Of a DNA stretch of 64,000 nt, positions 1-11,079 are shown piece after piece. The position numbers and the translations under genes were made by a program. How positions within the stretch are numbered: position 1 is the stretch's first letter; each line of letters begins with the position of its first letter. The DNA lies in contig NW_003314305.1 in NCBI RefSeq assembly GCF_000143415.4, forward strand, positions 1,336,834 through 1,400,833. The letters are read 5' to 3'. The notes below the pieces were generated by a model that ran no database searches, had not been told where the DNA came from, and saw nothing but the letters and a program-made list of their open reading frames with translations. The stretch comes from Selaginella moellendorffii. Its lineage: Eukaryota; Plantae; Lycopodiophyta.

Positions 1-136
1 CCATGGAGAAATCGAGGAGACAAGACTGAAAAGGAAGAATTTAAACGCTAGGAGCTAAGAGCTACGCATTAAAGAAGTTTTTGGAAACTTTAATCGTGAA
101 CTAGGAGCTAGAAACAGGGAAGAAAAAAAAATGTAC

Positions 137-378
137 CTCGTCTCGCGATCATCCACGCCAGGATTCTTCTTGCTGAAGAGATCACTCTTCTTCCGGGAGC
201 GAACAAGCACGGTAGAATCGCCCTGCTTGACTGCTTCCTGGGTTTGATAGAGCTGCGCCCGGAGCTCCACAATGGAGCCCGCCCCCACGCCCTCGATCAC
301 CTTCTGCTTCTTGGGCATCACCGACGACTCGGTGAGCCATCCCAGCGATTCCACACGCCGCTCCCTCCGCGCCTCCAT
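137..378 (-). CDS. Exon 1 of a conserved plant protein (At4g18257/CCDC174-like); gene continues leftwards out of the window
   Basis: N-terminus ESLGWLTESSVMPKKQKVIEGVGAGSIVELRAQLY resembles this conserved plant family; GT donor at 136-135 (CGAG|GTAC) followed by a T-rich intron. Confidence 0.7.
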
Positions 379-456
379 GGTCGTTCGCGCCTAGCTAAAC
401 CCTAATCTCCGGAAGAACCCTAAAATTTTGATAATCTATATAGGTAGCGTGGAAAC
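379..456. promoter_or_regulatory. 78-bp head-to-head (bidirectional) promoter region with telo-box
   Basis: ATGs at 378 (-) and 457 (+); AAACCCTAA at 397-405 and AACCCTAAA at 416-424. Confidence 0.6.
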
Positions 457-3400
457 ATGGCGAGGCGCAAGCAGAACGCGCCTCTCAAGGCATCCAAATC
501 TCCCATCGATGAGCCGCCGACGAAGCGCCGGAAGAAATCCGTGGAATCGGTGAGCAAGAAATGGCAGGATGTAGTGTCAGTGTCGATCGACAGAGAGAAG
601 GACGCAGAGATTGGGGAAATTGCCCTGGAGGATATTTCAGTCTCCCTGCTGGAATCCTCGAGCGGCGGCATTCCAGGGGTGAGGCTCCGGTTCTCAAGCA
701 GCGCCTCAAGATTCGGTCAGCTGGGAGTAGTGGACGATTTGTCGCTGGAGGTTTTCCAGGAGGAACGTGTGATCTCTGGGAAGCTGGATTGTGCGGAAGA
801 GATCTACTCGAGCTTGGTCTTGCTTGTGAAGAAGAGGTTCGCAGGCTTAAGGTACGAAGCTGAGAGAGTCCGAGTTTTTATCACCAGTGGATTATTTCTG
901 GCATGTGAAGAGGAACCAAGCCATATGCTGCGAAGATCTCTTCAGAGTTTGATCGTTTGGTTGAGGCCGGAGCTCTCTATCGATTTCTTCTACGGCCCCG
1001 AGACAAGAAGTAAGAGCCAGAATGAGGTGTTTGATCCTTCGAGCTTATACCGAGGAGTCCAGAGGCAAAGGTGTGATTCTTTCTTCGTCGAAATTCTTTT
1101 GTTGCTGATACTTATCATTGCAGAGATGAGCCATGCTGGAGCGTGGCTCTTGAGGGGCTATTGCCGGAACTTAGAACTTACCAACAACAAGCAGTGTTTT
1201 GGATGGTTCAGCGAGAAACAGCCGACCCGGCCGTGGAAGAAGTCGTGCGAAAGAGGCACCCGCTTTGGGTATTAGTGGAGTCTTTGGATAAAGAGAAGTC
1301 TTTCTACTACAACGTTTTCAAGTACGCCATCTCTCTTTTGCATTGTTGGTCAGTGAATTTGTTTTCTCATTGTCTTGCAGTGGGATGGTTTCTCGCGAGC
1401 CTCGAGATTGTTGTAGCTATGTTCGTGGGGGCATACTAGCTGGTACGCTGGATTCTTTTGTCGAAATATTCTTACAGTTTTATTTTGTACTTGTAGATGA
1501 AATGGGGCTTGGAAAAACTGTCGAGGTGCTGGCTTGCATTCTAGCAAACAGACACGAAGGACCTGCAATGTGGGAGCCTGCGGTTGAGAAACTGCAGCAC
1601 AGGCTGGATGACCGTAAGAACGAGAGAGTTGAATGCATCTGCGGCGATGATGACGCTGGCGGCATGATGGTTCAGTGCGATCATTGCCATGTCTGGCAGC
1701 ATACATCTTGCGTTGGCTATTCGCCTCCAAAAAAGAAGAAGACCAGGAAGAGCAAGGAAGCAGACGAAGATGACAACGCTTTTGCTTGCGATGGATGCTT
1801 TGAGGTGATTGCAAGCACGGAGGTTGAAGGCGTGTGTGGGGCTACTCTCATAGTTTGTCCCACGGCGATACTGAAGCAGTGGCAGGAAGAAATCGTCAGG
1901 TACTTTGCAATATTTTCTCTTCCTTGAAAATACTGATTGCGTCTTTTTCTAGGCACACAAAACTGGATGCAGTGAAAGTTCTAGTTTACGAAGGTGTGAG
2001 ACGGGGTTGCATCACATTGGGAGAAAAAAATTCTTGTCTGAGAAAGGTCGGAGCACACGATTTGGCAGCAGCAGATGTGGTAATTACTACCTACGATGTT
2101 CTTCAGGCAGATTTATGCCACGATATTGAAGAAGAGAACCAACAAACTTTACGGTTTGAGAAAAAGTATGAACTTTCTCTTGTTTTCTTTATGTCGATTG
2201 GTCAACTTTTTGTATTCTCAGGTACCACGTGATTGCCACCCCTCTCACAAGATTGAAGTGGTGGAGAATTTGCTTGGACGAAGCACAGATGGTGGAGTCT
2301 AGTACTGCTAAAGCAACTGAAATGGCTATGAGGCTGCATGCGGAGAACAAGTGGTGTGTTAGCGGAACGCCCATTCAACGGGGGCTGGATGATTTGTATG
2401 GCTTGCTTAGATTTCTTCAAGCGGAGCCGTTTGACAATCATACTTGGTGGCAGCAAGCCATAAAACATCCTTACGAGGTACTGTGTGTTTTTTTCTTTTT
2501 ATTGTAAGTAACACTCGTTGCTCTCCAGGAAGGAAAAATGGGAGCAGTTGACTTTGTTCATTTCTTTTTCCGTGAGATTATGTGGCGGTCTATGAAGATC
2601 GATGTCATAGACCAGCTAGATATTCCTCCTCAAGAAGAGCGAATTACGTGGCTCAAGTTTTCGGGTGTTGAGAACCACTTTTATAGGCAACAACACGAGC
2701 AATGCGTGAAGAGAGCCAGAGAAGTTATTGAGAAGTACTCATTAGGTGATGGTCGACCTCTAAATCATATGGATGCCTCAAAGTTAATGAACCCCTTGTT
2801 GAGGCTGCGACAAGCTTGTTGCCATCCTCAAGTGGGGAGTTCGGGAGTACGCTCGTTGCAGGCATCACCACTGCCGATGGATGAAGTCTTGGAGGTAAGA
2901 AACCTTGGTATTAGAGTTCTTATAGCTATTTACTTGTTTTCTTCTTCAGGTCTTAATTGAGAAAGCTAAAACTGAAGGAGAAGAAGCTCAACGAGATCTT
3001 GTTGCTTCGTTGAACGGACTGGCAGGTCTGGCGATTATCGAGGAAAACATCCCCATGGCTGTCTCCATTTACCGAGAAGCACTAGCAGCCACGGAGGAAA
3101 ATGCGACTAATTTTGAAGTTGATCCGCTTCAGAAAGTGCATATTTTACACAATTTGGAAGAGTCACTCAGAAACTGCAAGGATGACGCATTGAGCAAAAT
3201 TCCAAGAACTCTGAGGGATGATATGCTGATCAGTCAATGCGACGAATTACGAAAGAAGTACGTCAGTGGCCAGTATGCAAATCTTGCTGCGGCTCAGCAA
3301 GACTTTTACGCTGCACACAAAGAGGTATTATTGATTTCTTTTCAATGTTTTTTTCATGTGGCCCTTCTTTATCCTGCAGATTGCTTCTGCTCAGTCTCAT

Positions 3401-5760
3401 GATAAATCTTCAAGATGGAGCCGCTGGTGGCTAGATGCTTTTGCATGGGTTCAATCATCGAGCCAACGAAGTGACCACCTATTGGAACGAATAAAGCACG
3501 GGCTGGAAGATGTAAATCGTGCTGGTGGTCGGAATGCTTCTAGTCTTGTTCTAAGGTATGTTTTCCTTATCTTTCTCGGGAGGTAATCTAGTGAGCATGT
3601 AGATACCACGACCTCAACGGCCTCAAGTTCTTACTAAGCCAGGAGTTGGATGCTATCCATGAGACTCGTGACCACGTCCTGAGTCGCTTGCTTGAAGTGG
3701 ATGGCGGGATGCAGAATCCGAATCCCGATTATGTGCAGCGCGCTGGACAATGTTCCCAGTGCCAGCCTAGACACACTGGGATAACTTGTGTTCATTGTGC
3801 GATTGATCTCATGTTTCAGGTACAATCTAGTTCTTTCTTGTGTGGTTTCTGACATTGTCAGTGTGGATAAACAGAAATATGCAAATAGGCTATTTTACTT
3901 GACGTCCCGAGCAGCTGAATTAGATGGCATTGTCACTGCAGAAGACGCCTTTGTTTCTCAAGTACGTTCACTGGTTAAGGGAAACAAGGAAACTGAGACG
4001 AACACAGGCAGGAGAAAAGGAGCAGCAGTAGCTGCGGTAAGGCAACTTCTTTTTGTTTTTCTAACTTTTTTCTTTTGTTTTTCTTTGCTTCGAGCTTAAA
4101 TATTTCTTTTCACAGGTTACGCACAGATGTTCTGAAACGGAAATGGTTTTAAAGATTTTGCTTGCATACATGAAAGCGGAAACGAACCTTGAGGAGGATG
4201 AGATAGAAGCCGCAAAGAAGCATCTCGAGTATCTTGAAGTAAACACTCCTGTGCTTATTTGTACGTCTGTTTGACAAACCGTGTCAATTCAGGCATTGCG
4301 TAGCGAATATGCAGCGGCGAGACGCTTGACAACAGCACAACAATTAGTTCTAACTGCATTGGACGAGCTGAGCATGTCGACAACAAGGCTATGTTTGCAA
4401 GGTGCCAAGGCTGCAGACGGCAATCCTTTTGGTGATGAAGGCTACGAGATTGCAATTAGAAACGCGGAGCTTACCAACGAAAAATTTGTTGCTGTTGAGA
4501 ATCTATCTCGTGTGAAGAGGCAGCTCAGATACTTGAAGGTATTAGGCTTAAGTTTTCTTTTATTCGCAGCTTCCTCTCATTTCCGGATTGCAGGGTCTAA
4601 GGAATAAGAAGGACGAGGGGCATAACAGTTTGGAAGGAGAAATTTGCCCAGTTTGCCACGATGGCATAGAATCTGGAGCAATGGTCCTTCCGTGCGGCCA
4701 TTTGCTTTGTGGCAAGTGTAAGTTTTCGGTGTCTTACCTTGTTGGTTTCCTGAGCAAATCTTCGTTTTATTTCGCAGGTTTGAATCTTATTGTGAACCGC
4801 CAGAAAGCACCAGCGAACGGTGCTGATTTCAAGCGCATTGCATGTCCAACGTGCAGACAACAGACTTATGTCTCTAATATTGCTTATGCCAATGCTGAAG
4901 GGACTTCTTCAAAAATTGCGGAAAACCTCCAGGAAGAAGAAGAGGACGAAGAAAAATCTATAACCGTGGCAGGGTCGTACGGAACAAAGGTAATCTGGCT
5001 TTGTCGTCTGCTGTTTATTTTAATTTTTTTGCAATTTGAAGATTGAAGCTGTCGTCAGGAGAATTCTTAGTCTGAAAGAAGACGATCCGTTTGTGAAAAT
5101 TCTTGTGTTCTCGACGTGGCAAGAAGTGCTGGACTTGTTAGAACACGCACTGAAGAGCAACAAGCTCAGCTGGGTTCGATTAAAGCAGCGCAGGTAACAT
5201 CGATAATCTGTTTTACTTTTACTCATTTGCTCGTTTTGTGTTTTTCACAGGCAAATGGGTTCTTCCATCCTGGAATTTAAGAAGGAGAACGTCCAAGTCA
5301 TGTTACTGCCCATACAACATGGTGCCAATGGCCTGAACTTAATAGAGGCCCAACACGTTATTTTGGTGGAGCCTTTGCTCAATCCGGCAGTAGAAGCTCA
5401 GGCTATCAATCGAGTCCACCGGATTGGCCAACGTCTAAAGACACTTGTACATAGATTCATTGTAAGTTACGTACGTTTCTTCTGTTTTCCAATTACTGAC
5501 GACATTTCCAGATACGTAACACTGTGGAGGAGAACATCTACAAAATGAACCAGCAGAAGACGAACCTCCTTCCAATGAAACAAAAAGAGCAGCCTCTTTC
5601 AGCAAATGACATGAACAGCTTACTAGCTTGGGACGAACCGAAAGAGAACACCCCCACTTGTTCTACTCCTGATACTTTCCGAGATTTAACTCCGGCTCAA
5701 GCTGCTGGTGCTGCTGCTGAATCGCGGCTCTTGCGACTACAGGCCAACGCTTGCCTATAG
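457..5760 (+). CDS. SHPRH: E3 ubiquitin ligase / SNF2-family helicase SHPRH, multi-exon, apparently intact
   Basis: Spliced ORF pieces give GGILA-DEMGLGKT (motif I), PHD finger (CICG..MVQCDHCHVWQHTSCV), ATLIVCP, WWRICLDEAQ, WCVSGTPIQ, LRLRQACCHPQV, RING (CPVC..LPCGHLLC..CPTCR) and HELICc (GANGLNL..QAINRVHRIGQ); short GT-AG introns e.g. 1071-1123, 1322-1380, 1443-1496, 1900-1952, 2166-2221, 2478-2528, 2895-2949. Confidence 0.93.
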
Positions 5761-5899
5761 ATTCCTTGTAAGTACTTTCTCTTGCATGTCCGGATTCTGA
5801 ACCTTTGTATTTTCTAGCAGAGAAGGAACATTCTTTAATCGAAAGATGAGCTTTCTCATAAAGGTAAGGTTTTCGGGGTTTAGCTAGCTAGCAACAGAG

Positions 5900-8272
5900 A
5901 TGGGTGCCAAGTTTCAGCCCCTTCCTCGCTTCTACTGGACGAAGGAACAGATTGCTGCGATCAGAGACCTGTGCCGTGACGACGATCTCTACGTGAAGAC
6001 GAAGTATGGTAGGAAGCTGAGGCCGCCGCCTCGTCCGCGACTAAGTCGAGAGCAGGAACGCTTTGTTCGCGCAGACCCTCAAGCAGGCTTGGATAGAATC
6101 AGTGGGCAGTGGGTAGCACTCCAACACCAGCTCGGGAAGAAGCCTTACACAGCCGAGGAGCAGGAAGGCAACTACGTGGGTCCGATTCTGGGTCACAAGC
6201 AATACAGGCGCGAGCTCCATCTTCACAGGGGACAGAAGCAGTGGAATGTCCATGCAGTCGGGGACAAGTTTCTGGTCTACGAGACACTTCCTCCCGCGAC
6301 CGACACTGGTGATGATCCTCCGGTGCTTTGTGGTCGCGACAAGTTCGTCATTGGTCGCCCTCTGTCAGTAACAATGGACAACCGGGCGACGAATGTTTCC
6401 TCGTCATGGAACTCGTTTCCAGTGTGGAGCTTGCCAGAAGAAGGCAAAGAGGGAACGATCGCTCTGCCGGGGAACTATATGGTGCCGAGCAGTAAGGTGG
6501 CGCTGCCGGGTTTAGTTCCAGGCAAAGGAGCGCTAGTCTTCGATGCCTTGTACGAGACTGTGAAGGAAGGAGGAGCGAGCTGGAGCTCCGAGATGGTTGA
6601 GAAGCTGGACAGGCTCAAGCGTGGGATAACGCACCCCCACCAGGTCTGCGTGGTTCTCAAGAAGATCAAGCACGACGCATCTCTCTCGCTCAAGCTCTTT
6701 ACGTGGGCCAAGACGATCCCAGGCTTCAAGCACGACTTGGTAAACTACTCGACGATGATCATGATCTTGGGAGATGACGGGAACTATCTCATGGCCGAGG
6801 CACTTTTTGTTGAGATCCAGGAGCTCGGGCTTCGCCTTGACACGTTTGCAGTGAACAACATGATCCGCTGCTACACAAGAGTGAACCGGATCCAGGAAGC
6901 TCTCGACCTCTACAGGAAGATGCCATACTTTGGCTGTCACCCGGACAATTGCACCTTCGGCCTCCTCATCGACTGGTGCGGCAAGTTCGGCTCCCGGAAG
7001 GAGCTCCAGCGAATCTTCCTCGACTTGAGAGCCTCCCCCCGCAATGCCGACGCGCAGACGTTCAACACAATGATCCACAACTTCTGCAAGCAGCGGGACT
7101 TCGCAAACGCCAGGGAAGCTGCCAACCAGATGAAAGCCTGGGGGATTCCATTCTCCTCTGCAACGTACGCCATCCTCATCCACATGTACGCCAAGGCTCG
7201 AGACTCGAAAGCAGCGGCAGAGCTCTACGCGGACTACCTCCGCTCCGGCCTAGAGCCAAACTTGATCGTCTACAACAACGTGATACTGAGTTACGGTTCC
7301 AGCGGCTTCCCTGGCCATGCGCAGAACATCCTGGGTGATATACGAAAGGCCGGCCTCGCTCCAGATCGATTCACGTACTGCACGCTCATAAGTTCGTGGG
7401 CGAGAGCCGGAGCTATGCTGCAAGCCCGGCGATGGTTCAACAAAGCCTGCAAGACGAAGGCCGGTCCAAGCATCGAGATGTGCAACGCGCTCATCGATGG
7501 CTACCTCAAGGCCCGAGAAGTGGAACCGGCTAAGTTCATCCTCACCAAAGTCATGCCGGAGAGAGGCGTGGAGCCGACGCTACAAACGTACACGATCCTC
7601 CTGGGCCACTACACGAGCAGCGTCAAGGTGGCGGACTCGAGAGCAGTGAGAGAGATGATGAAGTCGTCCTCGAAACCAGCAGCAGCAGCAGCAGGAAGAG
7701 GAGGAGGAGATGATCATCCCGGTGTGGACGAGTTCCTGAACGAGATCCTGCAAGGCCTCCGCGCGATCAAGGAGCTCAAGAGCTACTCGAGGGAGTTTTT
7801 CCGCAAGCTGAGGATGGACAAGCCTCCTCGCTGGGGGCGATGGCTGGCGGATGCTCTCGTCAACCATCTCCACTGCTTTGGCTACGCTCGCGAGGCCTTC
7901 TACGTGTGGGAGGGTGTCTCCTCCACAGAGCTCTACCCGAGAGGGATCTGGGAGGACTGGCAGGGAGCGTGGTTTATCTGGCTCCAGGATATGAGCTCCG
8001 GGACTGCGATGGTGGCGCTCACCAGTGGATTGATCGTGTCCAGGCGGAAGCTCGCGCGGGGATTCGAGAGGCCGGAGCGAGTGATCATCGTGTGTGGCTA
8101 CGCGTCGGACAAGAGCAAGGAGGTGACCCATGCAGTGAACAGGACGCTGGTGGCTCTAGACTCGCCGTTTGAGCCTTTCATCTCTATGGGGAGATTTATG
8201 TGCGAGGGGAACTTGTTTAGAGACTGGCTGTGGGAGAAGCAAGTTGCTATAGAGCTCACCATGGATGCTTAG
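5900..8272 (+). CDS. Intronless P-class PPR protein with C-terminal SMR-like domain (At1g18900/At1g74750-like), copy 1, intact, 790 aa
   Basis: PGFKHDLVNYSTMI followed by ~35-aa PPR repeats (..TFNTMIHNFCK.., ..TYCTLISSWARAG.., PTLQTYTILL); C-terminal WFIWLQDMSSGTAMVAL..PERVIIVCG..SPF..GRF matches the SMR pattern of this subgroup. Confidence 0.88.
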   Translation: MGAKFQPLPRFYWTKEQIAAIRDLCRDDDLYVKTKYGRKLRPPPRPRLSREQERFVRADPQAGLDRISGQWVALQHQLGKKPYTAEEQEGNYVGPILGHKQYRRELHLHRGQKQWNVHAVGDKFLVYETLPPATDTGDDPPVLCGRDKFVIGRPLSVTMDNRATNVSSSWNSFPVWSLPEEGKEGTIALPGNYMVPSSKVALPGLVPGKGALVFDALYETVKEGGASWSSEMVEKLDRLKRGITHPHQVCVVLKKIKHDASLSLKLFTWAKTIPGFKHDLVNYSTMIMILGDDGNYLMAEALFVEIQELGLRLDTFAVNNMIRCYTRVNRIQEALDLYRKMPYFGCHPDNCTFGLLIDWCGKFGSRKELQRIFLDLRASPRNADAQTFNTMIHNFCKQRDFANAREAANQMKAWGIPFSSATYAILIHMYAKARDSKAAAELYADYLRSGLEPNLIVYNNVILSYGSSGFPGHAQNILGDIRKAGLAPDRFTYCTLISSWARAGAMLQARRWFNKACKTKAGPSIEMCNALIDGYLKAREVEPAKFILTKVMPERGVEPTLQTYTILLGHYTSSVKVADSRAVREMMKSSSKPAAAAAGRGGGDDHPGVDEFLNEILQGLRAIKELKSYSREFFRKLRMDKPPRWGRWLADALVNHLHCFGYAREAFYVWEGVSSTELYPRGIWEDWQGAWFIWLQDMSSGTAMVALTSGLIVSRRKLARGFERPERVIIVCGYASDKSKEVTHAVNRTLVALDSPFEPFISMGRFMCEGNLFRDWLWEKQVAIELTMDA

Positions 8273-8677
8273 AATTAATATGTAATTAGCGCATTAATGG
8301 GAGGGTAAAAAGGACAAAGATTCGTTGGATCTAGCCTTTTGCTTTGCTTTTTCTTAAGCTAGGAATTTTCTTAGGCTGCAAATTAGCACTTATGGATGTA
8401 AGAGCGAGCCTTATGTTGTTTCAACTCAGAGGAAGCTGATGAGCTGAACACCAATGCATTGAGATGTATGATTGAGATCTATAACATAGAATATTGGGAA
8501 AGTAAACATTATGGTTTGTTTGGAACTTCTTTGAAAGTGTAAGACTACAAAGAGATTGCAGACAACAAGTTGCGTTGTCAAACTTTATATATATAATATA
8601 TATATACATTTCAAGTACCCATTATTTAAACAACGATGCCCAGAGCTGTTTATTTTATATAAATACAGCATCATCTT

Positions 8678-9438
8678 CTAGGCAAGCTGGAGTAGATCAT
8701 CCTCCTTGACGCACAGCTGGTGCCCCTGACGGTTGTAGAGCTTGCAACCTTCCCTGAGTGGCTTCTTGCAAGTGTGGCAAGAGTTGAAGTCGAGCGCAAC
8801 ACTTTTTGGACCTGGGCAGACATAGGAAGCAAACCCACATTCGAGCGTGCAGGCTTTACCAGGTCCTGAGACGCATACTGATTTGCCATGCCCCAAGTCC
8901 ATGCAACCTTGAGGAATGGTGCAACAAGTAGCGCAGCTGCCTGGCTTCCAAGGATGGACAGTGCCTCCACAAATCTCCACGGCATCCTTCAAGCAGGAGT
9001 TGTCATCACCATTTGGCAGTGGTGCACCAGTCTTTAAATTGTAGAGATGACAGCCATTCGAAGGCTCCTTACCCGGTGGGAGCACAGAAATTGGAATTCG
9101 GTTAGTCCATCGGGATGGGCAGACTTTGATTTTTGGTGGAAGACAAATTGGGAGGCAAGCACGAGCAGGGGAGGTGCCACCAAGACAAACTGGACTGCCA
9201 GTTCCAGGCTCGAGATATATGCATCCAGGCTCAAGCGTACAGCAATTGGAGCATTCGTCCAGAGTGACAACAGCATCACTACAAACCTGGAGACGATGGC
9301 CGCTGGCTGCAAAATCATCTTGACAAGGCATTCAAGAAGTCAGTCCTGAAAGAAAGAATCAAAACTTGGAGATCAACCTGCAGATATCAGAAGTAGCTGA
9401 AAGCTTAGGATAGTGAGGAACAAGAATGAAGCTGCCAT
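8678..9438 (-). CDS. Secreted multi-domain potato type II (Pin-II, I20)-like proteinase inhibitor, copy 1 (229 aa; exons 9438-9378, 9306-8678)
   Basis: Signal peptide MAASFLFLTILSFQLLLISA|ASG split by a 71-nt phase-1 intron; 24 Cys; motifs CxxCC-x5-C-x9/11-C...KACTLEC-x6-C match Pin-II repeats. Confidence 0.8.
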
Positions 9439-9770
9439 GTTGTTGTGGTGCTGAACCTCGGGCTGTTTGAATTTATAGTCACACAGTGGCATGCGATCGA
9501 TCTCTACAAAAATCTCACGTTTTTTCCGGACTTGAAAGTTGCGTATGGATTGTACTGATCGGGGGCCACCTAGCCTGGCTCTCTGTGGTGAAACAAATCA
9601 TATACTTCCAGAGAGGTGTCCCATCAGTAGTTTGATCGGTGAGGTCCGATGTGGGGCGACGTGGCCGGAAATACAAAGGATTGCATGCCACGTCATAATA
9701 GACGAGGTTAGCGAAGCGGCCATGGCGGGGCTGCTCGGCCATGGCGCTTCTTTCAACGTGGCCAGGCTGG
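9439..9770 (-). promoter_or_regulatory. Pin-II promoter: TATA box plus ACGT-core (T/G-box, G-box-like) and CGTCA motifs
   Basis: TATAAAT on - strand at 9471-9477; CACGTT at 9516-9521 (kept in all five copies); GACGTGGC ~9658; GCCACGTCA ~9687; AACGTGG ~9754. Confidence 0.5.
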
Positions 9771-10509
9771 GAGCACTAGGGTAGCAGCTCACAGCGCTGT
9801 CACAGCAATGTGCTATCCGATCGATCGATCTGGGTCTCGGGTTTAGTTTCTAGAGGTTTCCGGCTTCTCCACAGCTAGTGGTTTCGTCCTCCGGCCTATG
9901 GCACCGCTAGAAAATCCTCCAAACCTTGAAGAACAGATCGAGATTTAGGAGCAGCGAGAGATTGCACGAAAGATCTTGCGTTGGGAGCTCGACCGCAATT
10001 CTGCCTAGCTGCTCTATCGAAGATTTGCAAGTCGAGCGTTCAAACAGAGTGCTCAAGAGATTGAGCTCCGTCCATAAATTCAATCCTTTCTGGGCTCCGA
10101 CCAATGTGATGCCGCGATTCAAATTTCTGGCGCTTGGTGCCTCAACATGGGTAATACCATACGTATTGAAATATCACATATTGAATGATTTTGGAACAGC
10201 TTATGCACAACAAGGGAACTCTTTTGATTATATATACACATTTGTGGGCTCAGCTGGAGGCATTTACAATATACAAATTGATTTCCTTGTCCTGATTTTA
10301 ATCTTGGAGTCCCTCTCTTTTGCCAATGTGAAAATTACTTTTGCCTGTTGAACTTTACTAGACCAAAGACAAGAAATCCATTTGCATCCATTGCATTGTG
10401 GTTTAATGCATCTAGTTGTTGGGTGCTACATGTATACTTATTCTTTCAAAGCCTAGAAAAAAAAAAATCATTTGCTGCATGTGATTAATCCTTTATCTTT
10501 TTTCTAGAA

Positions 10510-10527
10510 TAAACCCTAAACCCTAAA
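10510..10527 (+). repeat. Short interstitial (TAAACCC)n telomere-like/telo-box tract (also ~19566-19587, 27922-27947, 30336-30353)
   Basis: TAAACCCTAAACCCTAAA seen directly at the same position of each duplicated spacer. Confidence 0.6.
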
Positions 10528-11079
10528 TAGACAGAACCATGTGAAAAAAGGGTGGCTTCAATTTTGATTTTAATGATGAGAATTGCATGCAGTAACAACT
10601 GGATCAATCAAGTGGATGAGATCAAAATCTTCAAATTCTATAATAAGCCAAAACATGAAACTCATGAGGTATTGTCTTTTAGTATTTATTTCCAAAGGCA
10701 ATTACTGAAAGGCAAAAAATTAATGCCCTTTTGGCCCTTTTTGAGCCATTTTACATGGGTGTTTTTTAAAAATGACCTTTAAATGTTGGGCAAAAGTGCA
10801 TATAGCTTTTTTTGTTCAAGGGCAATAAAATAAAATATTCTTTCATTTTCTCTTTCTTAATGGACAATGAATATTTTGAATTAAATGAACAAGGAGTTGA
10901 CAGTGTTTCTCTCAATGACATTTTCTCTCAATTAATTAAAATTTGGTTTGCATGTCATAATTGTCTTGTTTAGAGCATAGTTTTACAGAAGAAAATGGAA
11001 GGGCAACAACACTCATCATCTAGTTCTTATACTATACATTCAATCTTTTTTATTTCCATGCATTTAATTTATAGATCTT

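Noticed and set aside
457-5760. SHPRH copy 1 as a fragmented pseudogene or an operon of small ORFs
   Set aside because: The breaks I checked coincide with short GT-AG introns that restore frame.
6533-8131. Long antisense and alternate-frame ORFs over the PPR genes (also 24698-25705, 36758-37591)
   Set aside because: Shadow ORFs of GC-rich coding sequence; no recognisable motifs.
9332-9346. In-frame TGA just before MPCQDD in all Pin-II copies (selenocysteine or readthrough?)
   Set aside because: It arises only if the AG at 9347-9346 is used (32-nt intron, too short). The AG at 9308-9307 gives a 71-nt intron, stays in frame and completes the signal peptide, so the TGA and the ORF-track Met are intronic.
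9926-10351. Recurrent 70-140 aa ORFs in the spacer (also 19184, 27385, 29788, 39744)
   Set aside because: Mostly non-ATG starts, lengths and frames vary between copies, no motifs.
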